Below the pieces are notes generated by a model. That model was not told where the DNA came from and searched no databases. It was given only the letters and a program-made list of their open reading frames with translations. Source: Callorhinchus milii (taxonomy: Eukaryota). From it: a stretch of DNA of 64,000 nucleotides. Each line of letters opens with the position of its first letter. Within the stretch, counting starts at the first letter, position 1. The DNA lies in the NCBI RefSeq assembly GCF_018977255.1, contig NW_024704742.1, positions 129,954,001 to 130,018,000 of the forward strand, given 5' to 3'. The translations under genes were made by a program, and so were the position numbers. Positions 50,861-64,000 of the stretch are shown piece by piece.

Positions 50861-52159
50861 CTGAACAAAGACAACAAGGGGACAGGCTGGTCACCACAAA
50901 CATAAACCTTTACATCACCTAACAAGATCCTATAAGCACAATGCTGGCCATTTCACTGTAGTTTGCTGCCATTGTAATCACATTGTAATCACAAGCACAG
51001 TTGAACAGTTCTCAGTTGGTCAGGTTTTGGACCATAAGGGGGGCAGAAAGCAAAAAAAAACAACCTCAAACGAAACCCGGGGGTGGGGGGGGGGGCAGCA
51101 TGGTCAAAGGTGAAATTATCAGAGTGAACAGATAAAGAAAGATTCTAAAATAGGAACTGAATCACAAGATAACCAATTTGCCACAGTAACCACACTGGCA
51201 GACAAGGCAAGCTTGTTGAATATTTTGTTTTACAAAAAAAATGAATTTTGTATCACAGAATCTTCATGCAAATTAAGCTCCTGCTGCCAATGCCTATTCA
51301 GTGTAGAAATATGAGCAGAATGATCTGTGCTTGTGTTATCGCACTAACCAATGGTGCTGGACTCTACAGGGACATTACACACAGGGTATTCAACTGCCGC
51401 AGTGCACAACAGCACCAAACACTTAGGTACTTGGTTGATTAAGAATTCAATGGCCAATGATCACACAATTTAATATTTCAGATCCAACGCTACTCGTGGT
51501 GGACTGAGGTGGTTTTACGACCAATGTGACAAGTTCTCCACTGTTCACAGCAACTCAAGTTTTAACAGAGAACCTATACGACTGATGCAAATATAATCAT
51601 TACTCTATTAAAATACTAATCCATTGTGACGACTAACTTTGTGAACAAATACCCGGTTGCAGCCACACTGGGCTTGCTGGAATGAGTGATTGCTTGCAAC
51701 AAGCCAATTTCATTGCTTACAACGGTTTCACTGCTGGTTAGGTTACGTGATGTGCCAATGCTGGCAGAGCAACTTTGAGTAACGGGAATTTACATTTGCA
51801 GCAGCATCACAAAATGTGAAATATTTCCTACCCTGCTGTTAAGGAGTTGCAGCATGAAGTGATAATTATTTAACACCCCAAAAGGCACTGGTTTCACTTA
51901 TCATTCCATTTGAAACAAAACTAAGAAACCTGCAGTGAAATGATATGGCGGCTGAAAGCGGTTGTGTGGCAATAGAAAATACGAAACATATGAAGGTGAC
52001 TGTAACTTTCAGGGAAACCAGCTGTGCAACAACAACCAGATGTGCAACCATTACTAGACTGAACCAATGTGGGTTTTCCATTAGGAAAGAACATTTTAAA
52101 TATATCTGTGTGAGTGCAGCAAAACACGCATAGATAATTATTTGGGGAGGACTAGTTTG

Positions 52160-52283
52160 CAGGGCTATGGGGAGAGCGCGGGGGAGTGGGATTGAATTGG
52201 ATAGCTCTTTTAAAAGAGCCGGCACAGACCACGATGGGCTGAATGGCCTCCTTCTGTGCTGTATAATTCTACGATTCTATGAA
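52160..52283 (+). mobile_element. CR1-clade LINE 3' end
   Basis: gatgggctgaatggcctccttctgtgctgtataattctacgattctatga with octamer-type tail. Confidence 0.8.
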
Positions 52284-52515
52284 GTTTGATCTGTATAAAT
52301 CATATAATCGACTAAGTCCCATGTCAAGAGTTTATATTCTATGTAATTTGACATAACTCATACTTTGCATAAATCATATTAAATGTAGGGTTCTAACTGA
52401 TACGACTTGTGTGAGGTTTACTGTAAAGACATTTTGGGGCTCAGGTGGCAAAGAGTATGCAAACTTATGGTTTACCGTCCAGCTCGGGTCCAACTCCTTA
52501 ACTGTCCAGCGCCTT

Positions 52516-52775
52516 ACAACAACAACAACAAGATTCCATTTATTGAGCGCCTTTCACGTTGGGAGGACGTCCCAAGGCGCTGTACAGTTGGGTCAGGACC
52601 CGAGCATTGGGGGGAAATGGTCAGGGTGAGGGGAGGGAAGGGAGGGAGCGAGGAGGGGGTAGAGAGTCAAGAGGGGAGCTGAAGGCACGGTCAAAGAGAA
52701 AGGTCTTGAGACCGGCCTTGAAGGAGGAAAGGGAGGAGGCAAGGCGAAGGCACTGGGGGATAGAGTTCCAGAGCC
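52516..52775 (-). mobile_element. Young L2 3' fragment nearly identical to the 3' end of 48247-49613
   Basis: Long shared stretches, e.g. aaagagaaaggtcttgagaccggccttgaaggaggaaagggagg. Confidence 0.9.
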
Positions 52776-52915
52776 AACCTTAGGATGTCCGCCAGACATG
52801 AAAGGCCCAATCCAAATGTAATTTGTTGTTGTTGTTATAGGCAGAGCAGGCCACCCAAAGTGAACAAAGTTTCGAAGAGTTAAAATAAAGGGTTTTTCTT
52901 GCAAGAACTTTTTAC

Positions 52916-53099
52916 CTGTGTTTCAGGATCTTCAGAGCCCAGACTGGCAGCTCCTAACTTCACAACCTCAGCCAGACGAGTAATAGTGACAACAGAGGAC
53001 TGAGCTGCGTGGGCCAGCTTCTCCTGACTCGCGGCAGCTCCCGATACCAGCAGTTTGGTGTCTTCCACCAGAGCTTTAGCTGTCTTCAGGATATGTTCC
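52916..53099 (-). CDS. TLN1: Talin-1 exon (R)EHILKTAKALVEDTK...LGSEDPETQ
   Basis: 184 nt, phase 2/0. Confidence 0.97.
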
Positions 53100-54234
53100 C
53101 TAAAAACGGTGAACAATTTTATACATATATATATCTTAAAAAAAAGGCCAGAGCTGTGTTTTTTTTTAAATCACTAAGAACATTGTTCAATAATTGTTGC
53201 ATTTGATACAGTGCCTCATCACGTCATGATGACATCTCAAAGCGCTTCACAGGATTTTACTGTATTTGCAGGCGAATACGGCAGCCAATTTGCGCACAGA
53301 AACCCACAAACTCCCACAAACAGCCATGAAGTGTATGACCAATGTTTATCACTGTATGGAGGCCAAAGAGGGAACTTTGCCTGATTTTCTCTCTCAATTT
53401 TTTGTTCTCCTCCCTTGCCCATGGTCACTGAGGACAGCTGTCCTGTCTGAGGATTCACGCACACAGAATTCAGTGGGCATTACTACCAGCATTTGCTGAT
53501 CAGGCTCAAAAAGGAAGCATTAGGGAAAGAGGTGCTGAAAGGATGGGAGGTGCCCATGGTACGGTTTCACAAGGTGCCTTTACTCCCCCTCCCATCAGCC
53601 TAAACATACTCTAGGTTACATTATAAACAAGTTTAAGTTTAAGCGCTCACTACATAAATGGAAGTTGCTGTTAGAACATTTAGCTAATCAGCATACGGGG
53701 CTCAGAATATTTAAACAGGTTCAAGAATCTGAATGATCCTGTCTGATCCAGGTGATTATTACATGAAGCTGAATTGGCATACAGATGAAAATTGGAAGCT
53801 GAATTCCAAAAAGGCATTAAAGTAGCTTAACAACAAGAATTTGCATTTATATAGTGTCCTTCATGTGGGGGAAGTGTCACTCAGTGGTTCATCAATGTCC
53901 AGTGCCTTGAGGTTGTAGAACACAGGTTCCTAACCAAGTTACTGATCTCAGTTAAACCAGTGGGTGGGTGGGAAGAGTGTAAGTTTCCCAAGCTTGGAAA
54001 CAGTTTCTTTGCCCTCCTCGATGGTGGGGTACTACTCATGGTTGGAAGGAGCCAAGATTGAAATTCTCCAAATGACTCTCAATAAAGTGATGTGTTACAC
54101 AGTTTTCAGAATATAGTGCGCTGAATTCCCGATTTGTATGGCGCCTTTCACGTCCTCCCGATAACCAAATGTAATCTTGTTGTTGTTGTTGAATTGATGG
54201 CCCCAACGAGCAGAAGAATGTCAGTCGAACTTAC

Positions 54235-54401
54235 CTGTGATCGGCGAAGGTCTCTGCGTTCTCTCGGTTCAGTGTGCCCGCCGTAGCAAACATGATGGTT
54301 GTATCCAAGTCAGCAATGATGCCAGACACGGTGCTGGCAGCAGTAATACAGGCTTGGGTGCCACGGTTACCTGCCTGTAAGGCTGCCAACACGTGAGAAA
54401 C
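54235..54401 (-). CDS. TLN1: Talin-1 exon VSHVLAALQAGNRGTQACITAAS...AETFADH(R)
   Basis: 167 nt, phase 0/2. Confidence 0.96.
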
Positions 54402-55048
54402 CTATCGTCAGAAAGAAAACACAGTGTAGTAAATTACCATCAACAGATACTCAGTTGACTCGGATTGAATTTCGCCCAATAGCACCTGGTCTTCACAATA
54501 GTTCACTTTTTCAAGCCCTCCCCACTTTCTCAACTGTTTCCTTAACAAGTCCATTGCCATCACACATCCTCCCTCAGTTTCCACACAGGGTTTTGACTGT
54601 GGACTCAGCCACTATTGATCACATCTCATCTGTGCTGGGGGGACAGCAGGGCAGGCATTCTGAAGGGATGAAATGAAGGGCCTTCTTCATCCGAACTGTG
54701 TGATTTAAGTAGCAGTACCCATTCCTCTGTCAAAGGCCAAAGGTTTGCTCCTATTATACTGACACCCATCCATCAGCCTTCTAGGCTGAAAGTAGACAAA
54801 ATGCTACTGAAGCAACAACGATTGCATCGGGTAGCACTTGCAGCGAACTTGTAATCATCTGATCAGAAGTCAGCGGCTCGGCCCATTCTGAGCTAACCAG
54901 CTATTAGAAGGGGCATTTTTACTGCATCCAGAACAGTGGATCAAAGCATTGGGACAATTTGTTTGGAACCAAGTTTAATAAAATTACCCAACAAATTCAC
55001 CAAACACTTGCAAACGTTAACTTATTTTTACATTCATAAATTCTTTAC

Positions 55049-55195
55049 CTTTTCGGACACCTTGCGGGCACATTCAATGAGTTCTTTCTTGGTAAAAGTG
55101 TCGCTAGGGCTACATTGGAGAGCACCAGCCTTGAGAACCAGTGAAGCACAATTGTGACCAAGTTCTTGCACACGGTTCTTTATGTGATTTCCAAT
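55049..55195 (-). CDS. TLN1: Talin-1 exon IGNHIKNRVQELGHNCASLVLKAGALQCSPSDTFTKKELIECARKVSEK
   Basis: 147 nt, GT-AG. Confidence 0.96.
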
Positions 55196-55500
55196 CTGGA
55201 ATTAGATTTGAAAACAAGATCCTTCAAAAACACTGGAATTTTTCTCTCCTTCAACAAATAATAATAATAATCCTTGCATTTATATAGTGACCTATCACAT
55301 TATTGAGACGTCTCAAAGCACTTCAGAGGAGATACTGTCGAGTGGATTGAATTTAATCTGAATGTTGGCCCTCAGTAACGCAAACCCCATTTTGTAGTCA
55401 GATCAACAAAGATGTTACAACACCCCTAAATAGTATGCTGAAAAATACTCATCCCACCTAACATGTTTTGTTCAACAAAGGTCTTACTCTACGACTGATC

Positions 55501-56700
55501 TACAACAACAAGATTATATTTGTATAGCGCCTTTCATGTCAGGAGGACGTCCCAAGGCGCTGGACAGTGTACAGCATTTCAGACCCGAGCTGGGGTCAGG
55601 GGGGAGAGGGGAGGGGAAGGGGGGTTCCAATGGCATGGTCGAAGAGGAGGGTTTTGAGGTGGGACTTGAAGAAGGCTAAGGAGGGAGCGAGGCGGAGTGA
55701 TTGGGGAATGGAGTTCCAGAGGTTGGGGGCAGAGTGGCTGAATGTTTCTCCAGCCAATGGTGGGGCGGGTGGGTCGGGGGACTTTATAGATTCAAAGAAT
55801 GTTACGGCGCAGAAGGAGGCCATTCGGCCCATCGAGTCTATGCCGGCTCTTTGACAGAGCAAGTCACTTTCACTAACCCCAATCACCAGCTTTCTCCCCA
55901 TAACCCTGCAAACCCGTCTTCCCCAGACACCTATCCAGTTCTCTCTTAAAAGCTGTTATCGAATCGGACTTCACTACCCTTTCAGGCAGATCATTCCAAA
56001 TTCGAACAACTTGGAGCAGGCCAGAGCCGGCTGAGCGGAGGGAATGGGGGTGCTGGTAGGGAGTTAGGAGGTCGCAGAGGTAGGGTGGGGCGAGACCATG
56101 GAGGGTTTTGTAGGAGAGGACCAGGATCTTGAACTGGATCCTCTGAAGGATAGGGAGCCAGTGGAGTTGGGCGAGAGTGGGGGAGATGGGGTCATGGAGT
56201 TTGGTGCAGCAGAGGGCACGGGCTGCAGAGGTCTGGATTATCTGCAGCCTGTGGGGGGGGAGGAGTTGGGATGGCCGACAAGCAGGGTGTTTGCATAGTC
56301 GAGCCTGGAGGTGATGAAGGCATGAACAAGAGTTTCAGCGGCCTGAGGGGGTGAGGTAGTGGCAGAGTCGGGCGATGTTATGGAGGTGAGGAAGGCGGAG
56401 CGGGTCATGGCTTGGATGTGGGGAAGAAGAGACAGTTGAGGATCGAACAAGACACCTGGGTTCCTGACTGGCTTGGTGAGTTGAAGTGTGCAACCATGGA
56501 GGTTGATGCTGCCAGAGCCTGAGGTGCGGAGGCTCTGGCGCGAGCCAATCAGGAGGGCCTCAGTCTTGTTCACATTCAACTGTAGGAAGTTTGCCCTCAT
56601 CCAGGACTTGATGTCTGACAGGCAGTCTGTCAGGACAGCAGTGGTCTTGGAGTTGAGGTTGGAGGCAGAAAGATAGAGTTGGGTGTCATCCTCATACATA
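55501..56700 (-). mobile_element. 5'-truncated L2 LINE interrupted by a CR1-type fragment (about 55783-56010)
   Basis: MYEDDTQLY...[16 protein letters not shown]...HAFITSRLDYAN; internal gaaggaggccattcggcccatcg block. Confidence 0.9.
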
Positions 56701-57196
56701 TTTACTTTGATTCTCGCCTCTGTAGTAGTTTTTTAACCTGCACTTTTGAGAGATGCATATTTTACGTGCTGAACAAAAGCCATGCAACTAATATACTAAG
56801 TGATGTTTGTGTGCATTCAATCAGACTTCTGTAGAATGGAAATATTTATAATCATAGAAATTCTTTTACCAAAGCTTATACTTTCCTGAGGTTATAGCGC
56901 ACAAAGAATGGGATTATAACATGCAGCCTGTACAATAATCTTTGCATTTGATTGGTTCCTTATGTCGTTGAGACGTCTCAAAAAGCTTCATAGGATATAC
57001 TGTAAAGTGATGTGCATTTTGTGGGTGAACGTGACAGCCAATTATGTATCCAACAAATCCTCACAACAGCCAACGAGTGACCAATTTTATTTGGGGAATT
57101 GTTGGCCACGACAGGGAGAGACTCTCTTTTCTTTTCAAAGTCCACCTCCTCTACACTTAGTCATCAGGCCTTGCATCAACCGTCCCATAGACTTAC

Positions 57197-57316
57197 CTCA
57201 GCGTTTTCAGCAGTTATGGCTGCAGGTTTAGCTTCCTGTGCCAACTGTCCATAGTCACTGGTGAGCTGATTGGCTAAAGTTCCCAGATCATCGGGATTTG
57301 TGTTCGATTTTGTGAC
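57197..57316 (-). CDS. TLN1: Talin-1 exon VTKSNTNPDDLGTLANQLTSDYGQLAQEAKPAAITAENAE
   Basis: 120 nt, GT-AG. Confidence 0.96.
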
Positions 57317-57607
57317 CTACGAACAAAGAAGCACAAAATGAGAAATAAATAATAATAATCCTCGCATTTCCATTTGATATTGTGTCTTATCACGGCATTG
57401 CAACATCTCAAAGCACTTCACAGAACACACTGTAAAATGAATTGACTGTATATTTTGGGGGCGAACCGCAGCAGCCAATTGCGCACAGCAATGTTCCACA
57501 AACAGTCATGGATTGAGTGACCAAATTATTATTTTTTTTTTCTTTCACCCAATCACCCAATAAATTCACCCGATCGGATGCACCCAATTTTTGGGACTAG
57601 AGCGTAC

Positions 57608-57709
57608 CATTTCCTGTACTGTTACAGCGATAGCTTTGGCCGTCTTCACCATTGTGGTCTGGTAGTCAACAAACGATCCCTCCGGCTCACCTGAAGCACT
57701 TTCATCAAT
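57608..57709 (-). CDS. TLN1: Talin-1 exon IDESASGEPEGSFVDYQTTMVKTAKAIAVTVQEM
   Basis: 102 nt, GT-AG. Confidence 0.96.
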
Positions 57710-57987
57710 CTGTGTTCAAACAAAGAGCACTGAGATTCTTGCCAATTGTACAATTGCTGGTCACATAAATGACGAAGGAAGATACAAAGCCAAGTATCAC
57801 CGATTTATTTGGAAGAGCAGGTGAGGAGTTGATAGAGGGGAGGAGGAGGAGAAAATGTCCTCAAATGTAAGAATCACCGATTGATTTCGAGAAGGGTGAG
57901 GAGATGATAGAGGAGAAAGCGTCTTCAAATCTAAGCAGCAGTGATTGATGTGGAGGATGTAGTGGAGGAGGAGGTGGTTTGCTTTAC

Positions 57988-58137
57988 CTTGTTTATGGCC
58001 TGGTTGATGGAGGCCACCATTCCACTCACTACCCCCGCAGCACTTGCTGCATCGCTCAGCGTTCCCGACAGGTCTTCAACCGCCTCCTTCATCATCTGCG
58101 TAGACTCGTCCAGTGCTTCCTGCGTGTGTGCCGCTTG
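57988..58137 (-). CDS. TLN1: Talin-1 exon QAAHTQEALDESTQMMKEAVEDLSG...SINQAINK
   Basis: 150 nt; QAAHTQEAL matches TLN1. Confidence 0.96.
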
Positions 58138-60398
58138 CTGAAAACAAGTGTAAGGTGTTGGACAAATTTGAAATCACACTGCATCATTACAAAACGTGCA
58201 AGTTACTACAAGCAGCAAGCAAATGAATCTCACTGTTGGAAAATCAGATAGGAGCAACAAGTGTCCATTAAATTTTTTTTAAAAAAAACAGAGGGCCTGC
58301 ATCAAGCTATGGATTACATTTCGTAAAAATGGGGTTTACTTAAAACAGTTCAATCACCAAATACAGGTCATTCCCCGTTACAACCGGTGATCTGGGATTA
58401 TAAACTCAGTCCCAGTGCGTTAAGGAAGTGTGAAGATTCTGCTGTTTTGGTTGTCAGATTACCACTGACATCACTTCCTACGCTTTATGCACAAGAAGCA
58501 CCGTTGACATCACTTCCTTCGTGAAATGATGTCAAAAGCAGTTCCACGCAGTGCACGTGCAATAAGTGACATCAGCCGCGACCTGAACAGTGTTTAGTGC
58601 GGGATTCCAGGTATGCCATACACTCACATTACGATGGACCAGGGCTAAACCATGGCACGGAACAGAAGATACGGTACAGTGATTCAGAAACCGTAACAGT
58701 AAAATGCCATTGGATTCTCACAACGCTGTTCAATATTAATTGTTCATCCAGATTGCCCTTAGCCTGTAACTTTGTCTTGTAATAAAACATCAAGGCACAA
58801 AAGCATGTGGGTTCATGCCTGCAACTTATTCACATGAGTTGCAGGCAATTTTAGTAGAGATCTCCTCTTTCATAAATAACCCAGGACCTCTGCTAAAGAT
58901 ATGGTGGAAACAAGCACACCTGCAGTGCCTATTTTTTCTCCCCTCACTCCCCATCACTCTCTGCGCTGAGCAGACAGCTAGCATTTAAAGTCAAAGGTCA
59001 CACAAAGCAATGTGCCACTTGGATAAGGTACTGGACAGTTCCTACTATGATTTGTGGAAACAATCCCAAGAATGAGTCAATCACTGAAGGGCAAGTAGAA
59101 GTAACAAAATACTCAAGTACATCTCCAAGTTCCCCTCCCCGATCGAGTTAAACAAATTTGGATGAGAAGTTGTTAAAACTTTAAAATTGTTTTTAAAGCA
59201 AGTTTAGAACTTGCGAATGTTACAGTCTGCATAACTGGAAGATAAAAATGGAAACATGACCAGAACTAGTTACGGGAAGGATGCAATTCCCAGGGACATC
59301 AGCCACAGGATGATTTTAGGTTCTCTGCTGTGTAAAAGGACATCAACTCAGGTGAAACTTTTTTTTTTTTTTTTTTGAAAATGCCTTATTCAAACTTTGT
59401 CCTTTATCCAAATAATTCAGGGTTTTCTGATATCCAAGGATGAACAGACATTAAGTTTCCATAAAAGCTGGTTACAGACTTAAATAAGATGACGGTGTCA
59501 AGCTCCTTTTACCTCTCCAATGCTGCAAGCATTATGATTGTGGTTTGATTTCTGGGCGGGTGGCTCAATTGCACAACACTTATTCCCAGATCAGAATGAG
59601 ACAAACAATATTAAGCTTAAAAACATTTTCTGGTCTCTTCATAGGATGCAGGACCATGGTTATTGACATCAACAGCATTATTCAGTTTGTGTCCGCAAGT
59701 ACTCATTTCATTATTTATTCACATTTTAATACAGATGAACTCTGTTATACTGTGCATGGCCTCATATACAGTGGATCCATGCAAACTGGAAATGCAATGC
59801 ACTTGGCTTCTGGCACTGATTAGACATCCTCCCATGTTAAAAATAGTCTGACTTCCAGGTTGTCACCGACGTAGCCTGTGCACTGAGCACAGACTGCAGG
59901 AGGTGCCATAATTGGTGTTCTAACAACCAGGAATTCAGTCTTTTCACGCTTCACTTATAACAGTTGCTGAGATATTGTCCCAGCCAACCAAACAACAACG
60001 AGGTTTCCAGTAACCCCTCCTGGTACCCGGAATTCATATCTAGCCAGACTGGGCCCAAAACTGAAACATTTTAAAAGTTTCTGTGGGCTGCATGTAGACT
60101 CTCACCAGTCCGCTGTCCTAGTGAGCAAGCCCCATCTCACTGTGCTTGCTGACCTTCAGTGGCCAGGGGTATCAACTTTGATCTAGTTTGAATCCTGCGA
60201 GAGGAAGACGGCTTATTTGCTACCTCCTGCTCACGGGATTCAGAAATTTTGGCTTGCCGGACCGGATCTCCCCCCCATTAGTCCAGGCCGCTGGGGTTTC
60301 ACTGTACAATATAAATGATAAGGAGGCATTTGCAGACAAACCAAATACCACAGTAGATTTGATTGAACTCTCCACGTTTTGGATGCATTTGACCTTAC

Positions 60399-60569
60399 CT
60401 TGGGATTGCCGCCCGCCTCTTTGGCCGTGTAGAGCATTTGAAGCGCCGACTCGGCCAGCGTCTTGGTCTGATCCAACAGGTTCATCTGTTGCTGGTGGTT
60501 GATGGCTTTGGATGCTGCGCCAATGGAAGCCATGGTCAGTGGCTCAAAGTAACTGGCCATCTGAGATAC
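60399..60569 (-). CDS. TLN1: Talin-1 exon VSQMASYFEPLTMASIG...KEAGGNPK
   Basis: 171 nt, GT-AG. Confidence 0.97.
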
Positions 60570-61338
60570 CTACAAGCACCGAGAGAATAAATCATAGTGC
60601 ACTTTACTTTTCCTTAGTTTTGTTGTAATATTCCAGGGCACCACGCTCCTTTCTGCAAATCACCTACTGAAGTGCTGAACATTTAAGACAATTTTGACCC
60701 TCTACACTTGCCTCCCCCTCCACCCAGGTAAAAATACAAGGTGAATTTCTGGTGTACAAAGTAGTGAAATATTAAGTCGCATTTCAAGGGCATTGGACTA
60801 TCAATTGGAAGAAGTTATTCCAACGTTGTACTTGTGAGGTCACATTTGGAATATTGTGTCCAGTTTGGACAAACTAGCATTGGAGAGGATTTTAGTAAAA
60901 CACAAAGGATAACAAAAGGGTTGTATGAGGCTTTTGTCTGTACAATACTTGAGGGACATAGATTATGTAATGTAAGCAAGCAGACCTGATGAGAGTAGAA
61001 TGTAAGGGTGCAGGTTTAAACTGCAAAGCAGGAGTAAAGACTAGAAGGTTCTCTTTTTTTTTCTTCCTTCCCCACATGAAATCCATACTTGGAAGAGTTG
61101 GCCAACAGAAGCAGTTAATACTGCTTCGTGAGAACATTAAATGGTCAACATGTTATACGCAAATGTTCTGGGGAGAAGGCAAACAGGATCTTTGGGCATT
61201 AGGAACCTGTGATATTTTATGTTCTTAGATCTAAGACCATTGTCTTAAAACAGACTGGACAAACAGAAGTCTCAAATTCAGTCATAATTTGGAGGCCGAT
61301 ACCAGGAAGCTTCTGTGTTTCCTATGCTACTGTCTCAC

Positions 61339-61440
61339 CTTATGTCCTAACTGAGAAGCCTCAGCCCGAGCTGCCACTGCCACTGGGTCAATCAGGTTGC
61401 TGATCTCATGGACAGCTCCAGCCATCTGGTCATGCAAAGC
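61339..61440 (-). CDS. TLN1: Talin-1 exon ALHDQMAGAVHEISNLIDPVAVAARAEASQLGHK
   Basis: 102 nt, GT-AG. Confidence 0.96.
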
Positions 61441-62283
61441 CTAATGTGGGAGGGAATTAAAAAAACACACACAAAATGAGATTTACCCAGATATCCATCA
61501 CGTTTGATTTCACGGTTGATTTTTTTTTCCTTTGTTCATTTAAATCTCTCTTCCCTCAGTCCCATTTCTAAACATACACCATTATCTGGGCATTGACCAG
61601 ACACAAGACATCTTTTCGAATTTAGTTCCCGAGATCAGACTGTGAGAGGTTGGCTCCACCAATTTTCCTCCTCCTTGTAAATTGCCTCTTCCCAGACAAT
61701 AATAATAAAAAAATCATTGCATTTGATATAGAACCTTATAGATATACTGGAGGATATACTGTAAAGTGGACCAATTGTGGATATTGTGGGTGAATGCAGC
61801 AGCCAAAACAGTCAAGAAGCGAGTGACCAATTTGAGTTGGACATGATTGTGAATTTGCTGATTAGGTAAGGTATTGATTGGATAGCTCCATCAACAACAA
61901 ACAGATGCATCCACTCCCTGTAATATTTTACAATTATATAACAACTTTCACATTGAAAGGACGCTTCAAATTGCTTTCAGGTTTGCTGTCTGGACACCCG
62001 ATCTGGGGGTGGGAGCCGAACGGGAAAGATGACCGAAAGCACGGTCAAAGAGTTAATTCTCATTACGGGCCTTGAAAGAAGTGAGGGAGCCAGTGATAAC
62101 ATTCCCATCTGATTACATCTTCTACAGTAAATAAAAGGTTTTGCTTTTTTTTGAAAAAAACAAATTGTAATCGAGACCCATCTGAGATAACTGGGTTTGG
62201 TATAATATTAAATTAACATTTTGCAGTTGAGAGCAACACTATATAATGAACAACATTATGTAAGACAATGATTTGGAGCTCAC

Positions 62284-62416
62284 CTCTTGTGAGATATCTT
62301 CTCGTGGTGCCAGCTGCTGGCTGATCGCTGCCAAGGAAGCCTGGTCCAAATCCCTAATGCATTGGTTGAGGGCATCAATGGCATCATCACACTCTCTCTG
62401 TCCTGGGGCTTTATCT
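62284..62416 (-). CDS. TLN1: Talin-1 exon (R)DKAPGQRECDDAIDALNQCIRDLDQASLAAISQQLAPREDISQE
   Basis: 133 nt, phase 2/0. Confidence 0.97.
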
Positions 62417-63078
62417 CTGCGAAAGAGTGAAATAAACAATAAGAATCCTTGCATTTGATATAACACCTTATCACATCGTTGAGACATCTCAAAGCACGGC
62501 ACAGAATAAACTGTAAAGTGAATTGACTGTAAATTTTATGGGCAAAATATGAAAACATAAAATATAAAAATAATAGATACTATACAGATTACAAGATCTG
62601 CAACCAATCAATCCAAACCTAGTAGTCTCCACTTCTCCTGAAAGAGATATCGAGCAATGAAAATTGGAACGTAAAAAAAACTCTCATCTTAGTGTCAAAC
62701 TTCCAACTACTGCCCTTTGTTGACCTTGAAACAGCATTTGAAAGAACTTTGAAGCACTGAATGCACTGGCGTCTCTCGTGGTGCACTGATCAGGTGTCTG
62801 ACAGCATAGCTCCACAAACCATCTTGTGGAAGACAATGTCTAACACAAATAAACGGTGCACGTTTCTGCTACACTGGTTCCCAAATCTAACGCAAAGTCA
62901 ACATTTGCGAAACAAAGTACGGTTACAGCTCATTTCACAACAGCAAAGGTTGAAAGAAAACAGCGAGCAAAGCTTTAGATTATAAAGAGAAACAGACCCT
63001 CAGTCACAAATCCTAATCTGTGCTATTAGCTGATCGCAAGCCAGGGAGCAGTAGTGGAGGAGTAAAGCCTTTAAATAC

Positions 63079-63260
63079 CTGATTGAAGTAATGAGTTTCT
63101 TGATCGAGTCCGACACAGTTCGAGAATGTCCAGCCAAGACCGACCACTTTGGTGGGTCTTTGGGATTCACAGCAAGAGAGCGAGCGGTCTGAATGAGACC
63201 AGTGGAACTGTCCAGCATAGTCTTTGCAGCCACCACAATAGGCTCCATGGCATTGAGGCC
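63079..63260 (-). CDS. TLN1: Talin-1 exon GLNAMEPIVVAAKTML...SIKKLITSI(R); gene continues beyond the window
   Basis: 182 nt, phase 0/2. Confidence 0.97.
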
Positions 63261-63750
63261 CTGTCACGAGCAATCACAATTATACACAGATACACACAAG
63301 ATTTTTCTTTTAAGCAGTGATTTGCGTTGATTTATAAATGATTCTGTTACTGCTAACATGACTATTGAAAACAAATCAGCAATGGTTTCAATCCAGCTTT
63401 TGATAACTGCTGCCCTCTTGCGTGCAAAGCATTTCATTGCAGGTTACCTGCATTGATTTTAAACACGGCAAGTTAAGCGCGATGGAAAATGTAGGTCAGA
63501 TTCTGCTGAGATGAATTATTGGATAAATGAGCTGCATAACACCCGCCCCTCAGCAAACACTGGTGACTAAGAACCCGACCTGCATTTTAATTCCCATGGA
63601 TAGTATTCAGCCTGGTTCAATTGCTAATACTTTTGTCTTGTTTTAGAGAGGGGATTGGGGGGTGGAGACTCAGGTGGCATATAAACGCCAACACAGACAA
63701 GTTGGACCAAATGGCCACTTCCTGTACTGTGGAGAATGAACGTAATTCTA

Positions 63751-64000
63751 CAATAATAATCCTTGCATTTGATATAGCGCTTTTCACGTCTTCTAGACGT
63801 CCCAAAGCGCTTCACAGAATAGACTGTAAAGTGAATTGACTGTATATTTGTGGGCGAACACGGCAGCCAATTGCGCACAGCAATGTCCCACAAACAGTCG
63901 TGGATTGAAAATGACCAATTTATTATTGTTTTGTTTTGGAGGGATTATTATTAGGCGTGTGGAGTAAGGAAACTTGCCCAAGGTTTCGCCCTATCTGGAA
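63751..64000 (-). mobile_element. tRNA-derived SINE cut by the window edge
   Basis: Same family as 16198-16522. Confidence 0.9.

Noticed and set aside
57795..57940. Roughly 70-bp tandem duplication in a short intron
   Set aside because: Diverged local duplication with no evident function
59220..59260. Strong minus-strand acceptor ttttatcttccag in a TLN1 intron
   Set aside because: Only a weak donor 11 nt later, frame-breaking, no supporting motifs
1..64000. CRISPR array, operon or prokaryotic defence system
   Set aside because: Intron-exon vertebrate DNA; repeats are dispersed retroelements, not regularly spaced repeat-spacer units

Overview
Eukaryotic (vertebrate) genomic DNA, most likely a cartilaginous fish, possibly a holocephalan. 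This is inferred from L2/CR1 LINE fragments, tRNA-derived SINEs with L2-type tails and DeuSINE-like repeats. The minus strand carries the last 21 coding exons of talin-1 (TLN1, 63260->31239; 952 aa, all GT-AG, phases consistent). About 8 kb downstream is the 5' part of beta-tropomyosin (TPM2): muscle-type exons 1a and 2b and, about 20 kb further on, an internal first exon 1b that the ORF track misses. The most notable observations are a miR-190-family hairpin inside a TLN1 intron, a strong candidate 3-nt talin microexon, an N-terminally extended TPM2 exon 1b, a hammerhead-like motif in a palindromic repeat, two AT-rich inverted repeats near the TPM2 promoter and a solo LTR with a 5-bp target-site duplication. 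Most ORF-track entries are LINE fragments or chance ORFs. Coordinates were counted by hand and repeat boundaries are approximate.
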